NCBI GenBank assembly: GCA_963713825.1
Contig: CAVQNG010000011.1
Location: 1-64,000, forward strand
DNA from: an uncultured Acidobacteriota bacterium
GTDB taxonomy: Bacteria; Acidobacteriota; Thermoanaerobaculia; Multivoradales; JAHEKO01
Length of the DNA stretch: 64,000 bases
Reading direction: 5' to 3'
In this document: positions 47,772-58,635 of the stretch, one piece after another
Layout: each line of letters starts with the position of its first letter
How positions within the stretch are numbered: position 1 is the first letter of the stretch
Translations under genes and position numbers: made by a program
The notes under the pieces: generated by a model
Told to the model about the DNA's origin: nothing
Databases searched by the model: none
Seen by the model: only the letters and a program-made list of their open reading frames with translations

Positions 47772-49229
47772 TTCGGAGACAACCCAACTTGGCTCACAAG
47801 GAGACCTACGACCTCATCGTCGTCGGAGGAGGAGTCTACGGCATTGCCCTCCTGCTCGAGGCCTCCCGCCGCGGCCTGAGGCCCCTGCTACTGGAGCGGG
47901 GCGACTTCGGGGGCGAGACCTCCTGGAATAGCCTGCGAATCGTGCACGGCGGTCTGCGTTATCTGCAGAGTTTGGATATGCCGCGGTTCTTCGAGTCGGT
48001 AGGCGAACGACGCTGGTTCCTGCAGCACTTTCCAGACCTGGTTCATCCACTCCCCTGCCTCATGCCTTTGTTTGGGCAGGGGCTCAAGCGCCCCTTTGTC
48101 TTTCGACTGGCACTGGCGACCAATGCCGCGCTCTCGGCGACCCGAAACCGGGGTGTGCCATCCGACGGCCATCTACCTCCGGGTGGCGTGCTCTCAGTAG
48201 GCGAGACGCTCGAGCGTTTCCCCGCAGCAGCGCAGGAGGGACTCGAGGGCTCGGCGCTCTGGTACGACGCCGCCATGCCCGACTCGCAGCGGCTCCTCAT
48301 CGAGATGCTGCATTGGGCCGATGCCTGCGGAGCCACCGCTCTGAACTATGTTCAGGCCACTGGATTCGAACAATCGAAGGGGGGGATCGCGACAGTCGCG
48401 GCCATCGATCGCATCTCGGGCACCGAAATGGCTTTTCAGGCACCCTTGGTGGTCAATGCCGCGGGACCATGGTGTCGCGACGTCTCGAGTACTTTCGACC
48501 GCGACAGGCCCGAATTGTTCCACTACTCACTCGCCTTCAACGTCGTCCTCGATCGCGAGCCTCTGGCTGACGCCGGCCTCGCGGTCTCGCCGCGATCGTA
48601 CGCCGGCCAGACCTACTTCCTGGTTCCCTGGAAGGGGCGGATCATGGCGGGAACATCTCACACAGCTTGGGGAGGCGGCCGCAACGACGCGGAGATCAGC
48701 AACGAGATGGTGGCGTCGTTCCTTGCAGACCTCAACGATTCCATACCTGGGTTCGAAGTCACACCAAGCGATGTGCAGCAAGTCAACTGGGGCTTCCTTC
48801 CGGCTGCGAGGGAGAACATCGACCAGATTGCGACCCGACCAGTGATTCTTCATCATGCTGATCATGGCGGACCCGAGGGTCTGTTCAGCGTTTCGGGCGT
48901 CAAGTTCACGACCGCTCGACTCGTGGCAGAACAGACCTTGAGGATTATTCAGAAGTCCCGAGGCGAAGGTCTTCCCGACCTGACCCCGGTACCCCGCCCC
49001 TCGCCCATTCACTGGCCCGCCGCCGGAGAGATCCTGGCAAGCCCGGGACGGGGCGGCTGAACAAACTCGAGGGAAGCTGGAGCAGCTCACTGAGCTCGAA
49101 TCGGTGGTCACCCTCGATGACGTCCTTTTCCGTCGCACAGACTGGTGGCTGAACCCAGACCTTTCAGAAGCTCTCGAGGCCAGGTTCTCGGACTGGCTGA
49201 CCAGGAGAATCTCTCCTACTGCCAACTGA
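47768..49229 (+). pseudogene. GlpD-like FAD-dependent oxidoreductase, frameshift near 49050
   Basis: DLIVVGGG, DFGGETSWNSLRIVHGGLRYL, VNAAGPW, GVKFTTAR; TLDDVLFRRT tail in shifted frame. Confidence 0.82.
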
Positions 49230-49426
49230 TACAGACCCCATCAGGTAGCAAGCTGGAGGTATCGATTTCGTAGTTTCGCCTGGTGTCCCCAAGAGGACAG
49301 CTCTCGCCGACAAGAGCATCCGATCCGACTGTGAGGCGCTTCATTCCGTCTCCCCCCAGATGAGTGTGTATGCTATGGATGCCACCGACACCGAGACCTG
49401 TTCTAGAAAGAGCACACCATCTAGTC

Positions 49427-50410
49427 ATGACCGACCGCGAAGCGCCCCCAACCCTGTCGGTTGTCGTTCCCCTGTTCAACGAGGAAGACAGTGTCATACA
49501 GCTAGCGTCGGAACTGAGGGACGCTCTGGAAGCGCTCTCGGAGGCCTGGGAGATCGTCCTTGTCGATGATGGCAGCTCCGACGCCACGTTGGCGTTGGTT
49601 CGAGAATTCTCCCAAGGGGACCCTCGAATCCGCGTCGTGCGCCTGAACCGGAACTTCGGACAGACGGCGGCCCTCCAGGCAGGTTTTTCGCTGGCCCGAG
49701 GCACCATCGTCGTGACCATGGATGGAGACCTTCAGAATGATCCCCGGGATATCGCCAAGCTCGTGCACAAGCTCGACGAGGGTTTCGATGTCGTCTCCGG
49801 TTGGCGACGGGATCGCAAGGACCGCCTCCTGACGCGAAAAATCCCGTCCTGGACCGCCAATTGGCTCTTGAGTCGCCTCACCGGAGTCCAGCTGCATGAC
49901 AATGGTTGTGCCCTCAAGGCCTATCGCAAATCAGCCCTCGACCGCATCAACCTCTACTCGGACATGCACCGATTCATCCCCATCCTTCTGGCCCACCAGG
50001 GTGCCGAGTTGGTCGAGGTGGAAGTCAACCACCGGCCGCGCCGATTCGGAACCAGTAAATATGGTCTGTCCCGTACCTGGAAGGTCCTTTTGGACATCTC
50101 CACTCTGATCATGATCACCCGGTTCTTCAATCGACCCGGACAGTGGTTCGGTTTGCTGAGCCTGCCGATTCTCGGCGCTGGACTCTTGGCTCTGGGCGCC
50201 TCCATCTATCAGTACTTCTATCCCGGCGACCTCTCCCCGACTTCCGAGGGTCTGCCGATCGTTCTGCCAGGCGCCACAATACTCCTCACGTTCGCATTTC
50301 TCCATTCGATACTCATGGCCATTGTCAGCGAGTTGATCGTATTCCTCGGCGATGAGCCAGAGTCTTCCCTACAGTCTGCTCGAGGCGTAGCCCGAGCGGA
50401 GGAGCTCTAG
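49427..50410 (+). CDS. GT2 polyprenol-phosphate glycosyltransferase (ArnC/GtrB-like)
   Basis: VVVPLFNEE, VDDGSSD, NFGQTAA, DGDLQNDP, C-terminal TMs. Confidence 0.92.
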   Translation: MTDREAPPTLSVVVPLFNEEDSVIQLASELRDALEALSEAWEIVLVDDGSSDATLALVREFSQGDPRIRVVRLNRNFGQTAALQAGFSLARGTIVVTMDGDLQNDPRDIAKLVHKLDEGFDVVSGWRRDRKDRLLTRKIPSWTANWLLSRLTGVQLHDNGCALKAYRKSALDRINLYSDMHRFIPILLAHQGAELVEVEVNHRPRRFGTSKYGLSRTWKVLLDISTLIMITRFFNRPGQWFGLLSLPILGAGLLALGASIYQYFYPGDLSPTSEGLPIVLPGATILLTFAFLHSILMAIVSELIVFLGDEPESSLQSARGVARAEEL

Positions 50411-50412
50411 CG

Positions 50413-51360
50413 ATGACCCGGAGATTCGACGTCTCGATCATCGTGCCCCTGGTGGCCAAGGTTGGAGACCTGGAGGCACTCGTCGAAAAATACGGCGCCA
50501 TCCTTGGAGAGCTCGGCAAGAGCATTCGAGTTCATATTCGTCCTCGGCCCCCAACACCGCACCTTTGGCAGCGATCTGCAGGAAATTCGCCGGCGGACCA
50601 AGGTCGAGATCACCATCCTGGCACTCCCTGCACCCTTCCACGAGGCTACGGCGCTGGCGGCAGGCTTCGATCGGGCAGCCGGAGACGTCGATCTTCACCA
50701 GCGCCGCTTTCTTCCAGGTCACGGCTGAGGCGATACCCATCATGCTGCGGGAGTTGGAGGAGGGCGACGTCGATCTCGTCGTGGCCCGACGCTACCCGAG
50801 GCGGGGCTCCTTCCTCAATCGGCTGCAAGCCCAGGTCTTCCACTGGATGGTGAGAACCCTGACCGCGACCGAGTTCCACGACGTGACCTGCGGATTTCGG
50901 GCCATGAACCGACAGGTCGCCGAAGCACTCCATCTCTATGGCGATCTCCACCGTTTCATCCCCATCATCGGCGCGGACCCTCGGCTTTCGAGTCACCGAG
51001 GTGAAGGTCAAGCAACATGTCGAAGACCGGCCGACCAAGCTCTACGGGCCCGCGGTCTACTCGAGGCGAATCCTCGACATCCTCACCGTCTTCTTCCTGG
51101 TCAACTTCACGCGGCGGCCGCTCCGTTTCTTCGGACTGATCGGGTTGGGGCTCTTGGTGATTGGCGGCGGTATCACCCTCTATCTCGGCATTTACCGACT
51201 TCTGGGGATGGGTGGCATCGCGGACCGCCCCCTGCTGCTGCTGGGGATCTTGATGGCGGTGCTCGGCTTTCAGAGCATCTCGATCGGCCTTCTGGGCGAG
51301 CTGATCATCTACACACACGCCCGCAAGATGCGAACCTACCGGATCGCAGAAGAGCTCTGA
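50413..51360 (+). pseudogene. Second GT2-like glycosyltransferase, multiple frameshifts
   Basis: VSIIVP, HDVTCGFRAM, YGDLHRFIP, RPLRFFG..RPLLLLG..GLLGE spread over three frames. Confidence 0.75.
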
Positions 51361-51386
51361 GACTGGGGTCTGGCGACGCGGAGCCT

Positions 51387-51901
51387 CTACCGCCGCCGGA
51401 AGATCTGCTTGGCCGGGTTTCCCTGAATGATCACGTTGTCGGGGACTTGGCCAGAGATCACAGAACCCGCACCCACGATGACGTTGTTGCCAATGGAGGC
51501 TCCATCGAGCACGACGCTGCCACCACCGATCCAGACGTTGCTGCCGATGTCGACGCCTTTCGAGGTCGAGCCCTGCTCGACCAGCGGCACGTCGAGCTTG
51601 TCATAACGATAGTTGCTGCTGATAACGACGACGTAGGGCCCGAACATGGTGTAGTCGCCGATCCTGAGGCCCTTCTCTCCGGGGGACAGCGAGCAGCCGA
51701 CGGCGAGCCCGACCTTTCGACCGAGACGGAGCTCACCATGTCTCGCTTTGAGCTGGCAGAAGGAGCTGACTCGTCGTGCCTTCGCCCAAGAGTCAGGAGC
51801 TTGCTGACATCGACCTCCGCTCGAGGGCTGACGAAGCTCTTGTACTTGAAATAGCAGTAAATCGTATTGAAAATGCCGGGCGTGTATGCACCTGGGATCA
51901 T
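51387..51901 (-). pseudogene. Hexapeptide-repeat acyltransferase, frameshifted
   Basis: IGSNVWIGGGSVVLDGASIGNNVIVGAGSVI..GNPA. Confidence 0.8.
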
Positions 51902-52027
51902 GGAAGGGTCACCCCGCTAACGTCGTCAGAACCCGTTGATCTTAGTCGACCCTCTGTCGCACCGTCCATCGTGCCCCTGCCGACGCAGTTCCTTGACATC
52001 AAAGGGACGACTGGGTAGTAATCTTGT

Positions 52028-52261
52028 ATGGAGTCCGAACGAGATCTCAACGCCATCTTCGCCGAAGTCCTGGAACTCCGGATCGAGGAGGTGACGGATT
52101 CCCTGACCCCTGAATCCTGCGCCACCTGGGACTCGCTGAATCACCTGCGCCTGATCACTGAGATCGAGAGCGAGTTTGGAGTCGAGTTCTCGATGGCTGA
52201 GGTTCAGGGAGCCCTGAGCGTGACCAAGTTTCGACAGCTGCTTACGGCACACGAGGCCTGA
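52028..52261 (+). CDS. Acyl/aminoacyl carrier protein
   Basis: WDSLNHL phosphopantetheine site, IESEFGV. Confidence 0.9.
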   Translation: MESERDLNAIFAEVLELRIEEVTDSLTPESCATWDSLNHLRLITEIESEFGVEFSMAEVQGALSVTKFRQLLTAHEA

Positions 52262-52278
52262 GGTCGAACTTCCCAGAG

Positions 52279-52833
52279 TCAGCTCGCCGCTCGGTGCATC
52301 GCCAGGAAGCCGGACATGGCCTCTCCGAACGGCTCGAAGCCCAACCCACGGTAGAAGTCGAGTGCCCTCGAATTGTCGGTAAGGCAATGCAGACAGTAGC
52401 TGGCGTTGAAATCTCTTCGACCGAAGAAGTCCTCCATCAACACCTTCGCAATTCCAAGGCCCTGGTAGCTCTCGGAGACCGCCATTCTCGCGAGATAGAG
52501 ACTACTCTCAGGCAGGGCTGGCAAGAACGGGCGCGCCCTCTGGAGTCGACTCAGAAAGCTCCTTCGGACGCCACGCTCGAATCCCCGCAGTAGTCGCAAA
52601 GTCCCCTCCATCATCACAAAAGGCAGTACTTCCGACGAGATACAGGCGTGTAGTCCAGCCACATTGGAGCCGATGAGGGCGACGAAGATGTTCTGCAGCT
52701 CGGTCCCAGGCTGTCCGAGTTGCTTCTGGATTTGAACCTCGACCAGGCCGCGCTCGGCCTCGATCAGATCGTAGTAGCCACGGCCAGCATCGAAGACGAG
52801 CTCCGCACAGCGGCGCAGCTGCAGGGCATCCAA
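52279..52833 (-). CDS. GNAT acetyltransferase
   Basis: YLARMAV..YQGLGIAK, NSRALDFYRGLGF. Confidence 0.85.
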   Translation of the reverse strand: MDALQLRRCAELVFDAGRGYYDLIEAERGLVEVQIQKQLGQPGTELQNIFVALIGSNVAGLHACISSEVLPFVMMEGTLRLLRGFERGVRRSFLSRLQRARPFLPALPESSLYLARMAVSESYQGLGIAKVLMEDFFGRRDFNASYCLHCLTDNSRALDFYRGLGFEPFGEAMSGFLAMHRAAS

Positions 52834-52834
52834 C

Positions 52835-54359
52835 TCATCGGGTAGAGGAAATCGTCGGTTCAGCGACTGATTGAAGGACCATCGCCCTGATCTGCATTAA
52901 CCCTACTCCAATCGCCGTCGTCAGTGCCAGTCTGTCGATCTTCCCATTGAGATTCAGTGGCATCGCTGCAACAGCCCTGATCTCTCGAGGCACCATGTAG
53001 GCTGGGAGCTTTGTGGTGAGCAGCTCTCTGAGTCCCTCGAGGTCCTCTTCCGAGCCTTGAATGAACAGGGCGATCGACTCCGCGGCCGCTCCCGCCCGCG
53101 GCAGGATAGCCGCTACGAACGAATGCCCGACGTGCGCCCGCGCAAAGTGCTCGATCTCCCCGAGCTCGACCCGATGGCCCTGGATCTTGACCTGAGAATC
53201 CAGTCGGCCACAGTAGACGAGATCGCCCTGGGCGTTGCGGAAGCAGAGATCGCCGGTCCGGTAGAACCGTTTGACTTCATCTCCTGCTCCCAGCTCGATG
53301 AAGGCTTCGGCGGTCCGTTCCACGTCCTGGAAGTAGCCGCTCATGACCTGGTCTCCGGCAAGCACCAGCTCACCCTGCTCGCCTTCCTCCACCTCGACTC
53401 CGTCCGATGTCACGAGGCGCGCCTCCATTCCGGGGTACATCGTGCCAATCGGAACGACCCCTTGGTATGCCTGCTGGGCCGATGTCCTCTGCCGACCAGT
53501 CGTAGCTCGAGCAGAAGATGGTTGCTTCCGTCGGGCCATAGACATTTCGGATGGTGGCGTTGGGGATGCAGTCCGACCAGCCTTCAACGAGGCTTTGCGT
53601 CAGGGCTTCGCCACAGAAGAGGCTGTGGCGTACTCCGGGAGCTGGATCTCCGCGAAGTAGCGCTCCAGGTAGCCCAGAACCGACGGGACCATCAAGGCAA
53701 CCGTCACATCCTTGCTTCGCAGAGTCTCTACGATTTGCAGCCAGGCGATCCCGGCATCGGGAACGACACAGCAGCAGCCACCAACTGCCAGGGGCGACAA
53801 ACAGGGACATTACCGACAAATCGAAGGTCAGGCTGAACATCTGGAGAAAGCGATCCTCCTCCGTGAATCCATAGTCTGGCCCCTCCGAGAAGGACGTCGA
53901 AGAAAGCGTCCAGATTGCGAAAGGTGATTGGCACCCCTTGGGCTTGCCGGTGCTTCCAGACGTGAAGAAGACATAAGCAATGTCGTCCTTGGATCTCTCA
54001 GCGAAGTGAACCCGCCCTTGATCTGGCTCGAGCCCCTCCACATTCAGGATCTTGATTGCGCTTGGGCTTGCCTGGATTGCCTGGTCCAGGGCCGGATGCG
54101 GACTGCTGGTGAGAACGCGATCGACTTCCGCCTGTTCGAGAATCTGCTGCACCCTGGAGGCCGGATAGGTCCGACTGATTGGTACATAGCCGGCACCGGC
54201 AGACAGAATCGCCAATATCGAGGCATAGGTACCGACATCGTCACCTGTCATGACTCCGATCAGGGGTCTCGATGCTGCATCAGATTCCTCTAGAACTCCT
54301 TGTATCGCCCCCACCCGGGAGTAGAGCTGCGAATACGAAAACTCCCCCTCGTGCGTCAT
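52835..54359 (-). pseudogene. Stand-alone amino-acid adenylation domain (DltA-like), multiple frameshifts
   Basis: YVFFTSGSTGKPKG, FDLSV, FCGEAL, NVYGPTEAT, YRTGD, GRLDSQVKIQGHRVELGEIE, LPAYMVP, NGKIDR. Confidence 0.85.
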
Positions 54360-54637
54360 CAGGGCGATTCGGTTCGAAAAATCCGCGGCGCTCCCAGCCA
54401 GGCGCTGCAGTAGCTGTGGTTGCTCCAGAATGGCCTCCTTGGTTCGTCGTCGTCCGCAGTCACCGAGATTCTAGCCGCACCTGGGACTTACCGCCGCAGA
54501 GGACCAGTCCACCTAGATATTTGGAGTGACGAATAACCTTGCTCGCTCACTGGGTGCACGCTGTATACTGGGCGATACCATGAACGCTAGAGTTGTGTCC
54601 TCTCAAAGTCCCCGCTATCGGTCTCTCGTCCGGCTGG

Positions 54638-55354
54638 ATGCCGATGCTACCGATTCTCCTGGCCTTGCTGCTGCTTTCGTGGGGCTGCGCCTCCAAGACG
54701 CCAAGTCTGGCCCCAACGGTTGTTCAGGAGCCTTTCCCGGCGGAAGGCCCTGCGCCCTATGTCCTACAGGTCGGTGACCTCATCGGCATCCGGTTCTGGG
54801 ACAACCCGGAGTTGGATGAAGAAATGTCAATCCGCCCCGATGGGATGATCTCCATGCCCTTCATCGACGAGGTCACGGCCGCGGGAAGAACTCCCAGCGA
54901 GCTGGATGCGGAGTTGACGCAGCTCTACCAGCAGGAGCTGGCCAGGCCGACCATCACGGTCATCGTTCGCGATGCTGTCGGGCAGCAGATCTTCGTCGGT
55001 GGCGAAGTCAAAGAACAGGGTGTCTACGACTTGCGGGGTAGATTGAGCCTCTTCCAGGCCATCCAGATGTCTGGAGATTTCCTACCCTCTGCTTATCGAG
55101 CAGAGGTGCTGGTCATTCGGACCCGCCCTGACGGGACTCGGATCGCCAGGAGCGTGGACCTGAATCCTGTACTCTCCGGAGCCAATCCCAACGCCGACAT
55201 GTTGCTACAGGCCTGGGATGTGGTGTTCGTGCCGAGAAAGAAGATCACCACATTTGATCTCTTCGTTCAGCAGTACATCACTCCGATCTATCAATTGCTG
55301 CCGATCCGGGTCGTCGGAACTGTAGAACTATTTGGCACGGATCCGCTCTTCTAG
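54638..55354 (+). CDS. wza: Polysaccharide export lipoprotein (Wza/OPX family)
   Basis: Lipobox SWGC; YVLQVGD, IRPDGMISMP, VGGEV..G, DVVFVP. Confidence 0.9.
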   Translation: MPMLPILLALLLLSWGCASKTPSLAPTVVQEPFPAEGPAPYVLQVGDLIGIRFWDNPELDEEMSIRPDGMISMPFIDEVTAAGRTPSELDAELTQLYQQELARPTITVIVRDAVGQQIFVGGEVKEQGVYDLRGRLSLFQAIQMSGDFLPSAYRAEVLVIRTRPDGTRIARSVDLNPVLSGANPNADMLLQAWDVVFVPRKKITTFDLFVQQYITPIYQLLPIRVVGTVELFGTDPLF

Positions 55355-55438
55355 CACGGCACAGCAAACGCGGAAGGCGGAGACACTGAGCCGGCTTGGG
55401 AAGCCGCGTAGTGAGGCACAGCAATAGAGTTCGAAACG

Positions 55439-56923
55439 ATGAGTGCACTTGAAGAGAAACCGATCCCCTGGCGAGAGATGCTCGAGACTCTCTTCCGCCG
55501 CCGCTGGACGATTGTGGCCTTTACAGTGGGTGGTTTTCTCCTGGCTTCGATCCTGGCCACGCTCAAGGCGCCAACGTACACGGCGACAGCCAGAATTCAG
55601 TTGACCGCCGAGGGATTCGCGGGACCGCGCGAAGAAGCCATGGACTTCTCGCAGATCCAGGCCGAACTGGCCTACCTGAAGAGCCCGGTATTGATTCGCA
55701 GCGTACTCCGAAAGTACCAACAAGAGGCCAGCGAAGACGGTCAAGAGAGCTTGTCTCTCAACACACTGATCAACTCTCCGAAGCGACTCGCCAACAACAT
55801 CTATCGCAGACTGCATGGCATGCCGGTGTCCGATCCCCTCGAATCCCTTGCCCAGGTCCTGGCCGACAGTATCGAGGTGGAACCGGTGGGACGGTCGAAC
55901 GTGATCGAGATTTCCTATCGGGGCAGCGATCCTGACCAGGCGGCCGCGTTTGTCAACGACCTCATCGAAGCCCATACCGATCGGATCGCCCGGCTCGAAG
56001 GGGAAACCGAGACGCTGCCCTTCTGGGATGCAAAGATCAAGGAAGCCGCACAGCGATCGCGAGATGCCCAGCTCGCCCTCGACGCCTTCGAGGCCGAGCA
56101 GGGACCTGATCTACTGGCCCGCGACGAAGCACAGCTCAAGACCGTCCTCGCCAAGCTCGAAGCCGACCGGATTGCCCTCGAAACCAGAATCTTCGAAGCC
56201 GAGGCGCAGATTTCGTTTCTGAGTCAGGAGCTCCTGACGCAACCCGAGACGATCGAAGAAGAGATCAGAGTCTCGGAAAGCCAGTTGGCCCAGCTGATCG
56301 AAGAGCAGATCCTGGAGCTCGAGATGGAACGCACCGAGCTCCTGACCCGCTACACCCCGCAAAGCACGCCCGTTCGACAGATCGACCGGCAAATCGAATC
56401 GCTGCAGAACAGGCTGGAAACCACCGATGCGCAATCGCTGGCGGAAACGACGACCGGACCCAACCCGGCCAGGCAACAGGTCGAGCTCGACCTGATGCGC
56501 GCTCGGGGCGACCTGAACTCTACACGGGCTCGGCTGTTCGCCCTCGGCTCTCAAATCGAGGCCTATCGCGAGAGACTCACCAAGCTCGAGCTCTCTGCCG
56601 CCGAGCTGGCTCGCCTTACAAATGAAGTCGAAACGGCAAGTGAAGCCCACCAGAATTACCTCAGGCAGGCAGAATCAGCACGATTCGACCGCTCCCTCGG
56701 GGCTTCGAAACTCGTCAACGTGAGCCTCATCGATCCGGCCGAGGTGCCCGGAGCACCAGAACGCTCCTATCGATTGAGAAAGGTCATACAGGGTACGCTG
56801 ATCGGCTTCGTTCTCGGCATCCTCATCGCCTTCCTTCGGGACTGGCTGGACCCGACCGTCAAGGGCTCCTACCAGGCGTCTCGATTGACCGGCCTGCCCG
56901 TGATCTCCGAGATTCCTTCCTAG
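55439..56923 (+). CDS. Wzc/GumC-type polysaccharide co-polymerase (periplasmic part)
   Basis: Two TMs flanking a coiled coil; SNVIEISY, NVSLIDPAEVP, LTGLPVISEIP. Confidence 0.88.
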   Translation: MSALEEKPIPWREMLETLFRRRWTIVAFTVGGFLLASILATLKAPTYTATARIQLTAEGFAGPREEAMDFSQIQAELAYLKSPVLIRSVLRKYQQEASEDGQESLSLNTLINSPKRLANNIYRRLHGMPVSDPLESLAQVLADSIEVEPVGRSNVIEISYRGSDPDQAAAFVNDLIEAHTDRIARLEGETETLPFWDAKIKEAAQRSRDAQLALDAFEAEQGPDLLARDEAQLKTVLAKLEADRIALETRIFEAEAQISFLSQELLTQPETIEEEIRVSESQLAQLIEEQILELEMERTELLTRYTPQSTPVRQIDRQIESLQNRLETTDAQSLAETTTGPNPARQQVELDLMRARGDLNSTRARLFALGSQIEAYRERLTKLELSAAELARLTNEVETASEAHQNYLRQAESARFDRSLGASKLVNVSLIDPAEVPGAPERSYRLRKVIQGTLIGFVLGILIAFLRDWLDPTVKGSYQASRLTGLPVISEIPS

Positions 56924-56935
56924 ACCTGGGCGTCG

Positions 56936-58592
56936 ATGCGATATCTGACTGCAAGCCGACCAGCCGGCGGAATGCTCAGGCTACTGCGAGCCGTCCTCGA
57001 AAAGAAGCAGACCGGGGTCCTCGAGCTGAGCCTCGACTCCGGGGCAGTGGATCTCTACTTCCTGTCAGGAGAGCTCTACCTATCCCCTCGAGAAGTGGAG
57101 TGGGTACCCGAGATAGCCAACGTGGAACAACAACTGGATTCAAGCTCCTCGGCAACCGACTATCACCATGAGTCCCTCGCCATTGAGATCGCCTCTCGAA
57201 TGGCCTCCTGGAAGGTGGGGTCGTTCCGGTTCCGCGACGGTCTCGCCGGGGTTCCAGAGCAGCTGGTGGGACCCTTCTCCACTGCCAGGATGGCGATGGA
57301 ACTGGTGAGCCAACGGCGAAGGGAGCTCAATCTCGAGTACCTCATCGGTGGGCAGGACGCGCGGGTCGTCGCCATCCGGCGAGCCGAACCCACCGTCGAG
57401 GTTTCGCGGCTTGGTCGCAGGGAGCTGGCTCTACTCCAAGAGCTCGACAAGCCGACAGCGGTTACCGCCCTCCTGGAGCGCGACCCGGGAGGTCGGGAAG
57501 AAACTCTCGTGGCGTTGGCGCGACTCTGGGTTGCCGGCATGGTCTCCGAGCTCAGCCCTGCGGACATACCCGAGGAAAGCTCCGAGTCACCGGTACGAGA
57601 TGACGCGAGTCCGGTGATCGCCTCGGACGCGGTGCGACAACCGGGTGCCCGACCCTACACTCGAGAACCTCTCAGCGAGTCCTCCATCTCAGAGCCTGAT
57701 GCGATCTGGAAGGATCATTTTCGCCTGCGGGGCAACCCTTTTTCGCTGACACCCGATCCCGCCTTCCTGTATCTGAGCGACAGTCATGCCGAGGCGCTGG
57801 CCGGCCTCAAGCTCTCCCTACTCGAAAGGCGCGGTCTCGCTTGCATGACCGGCGAGGTGGGTACCGGCAAAGACTACCCTTCTCTACTCTCTCTTGAGCA
57901 CACTCGGCTCGGAGGTGGAAACGGCCTACGTGCACAATCCAGCTCTTCCCGTCGATCAGATCCTCCAAGCCATCCTGGAGGATTTCGAGCTCGACGGACA
58001 CGGCTCCACCAAGCTCGAATTGCTCAACGCCTTGAACGACTTCCTGCTCCACTGCGCCCGAAGGGACGTTACAGTCGCTCTCATCTTCGATGAAGCCCAG
58101 GTCCTCTCCGACGAAGCCTTCGAAGAAATCCGACTCCTGCTGAATTTCGAGAACTACGACCAGAAGCTCCTGCAGATCATTCTCGTCGGCCAACAGGAGT
58201 TGGGGATTCGGCTGCAGTCGTGGAAGTTGCGTCAACTCGCCGACAGGGTCGCCATCCGTTGCCGGCTCGAGCCCTTGAGCTACAACGACTCCAGAAAGTA
58301 CATCGAGCACCGCCTGGAAGCCGCTGGAGGATCCTCCGACCTCTTCACCAACCAGGCGTTGCGGATCGTCGCCAAGAAATGTCGCGGAATCCCGCGCCGC
58401 ATCAACGTGGTCTGTCACAATGCCATGCTCTACGCCTACGGCGATAGCGTGCGCAAAGTCGACCACAGAATGGTGAATGAGGCGATTCGGGAGTCCCTTC
58501 GATCGACCAAGCCCTTGACGCTCTGGCGCTATCAACGGTCGGGAGCTTCTGAATGGCTCTCACAAACCCGGCATGCTGGAGGCTCGAAGTAG
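56936..58592 (+). pseudogene. DUF4388-like domain fused to ExeA/GspA-type AAA ATPase, frameshift near 57875
   Basis: KQTGVLEL..YFLSGE N-domain; HFRLRGNPFSLTPDP, TGEVGTGK, IFDEAQ, ILVGQ, GIPRRINVVC. Confidence 0.82.
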
Positions 58593-58635
58593 ATCGAACC
58601 AGCACAACAGCTGAACCCAGCATGGAATCCCTGCC

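Noticed and set aside
52028-54359. NRPS secondary-metabolite cluster
   Set aside because: No condensation or thioesterase domains; context is polysaccharide biosynthesis.
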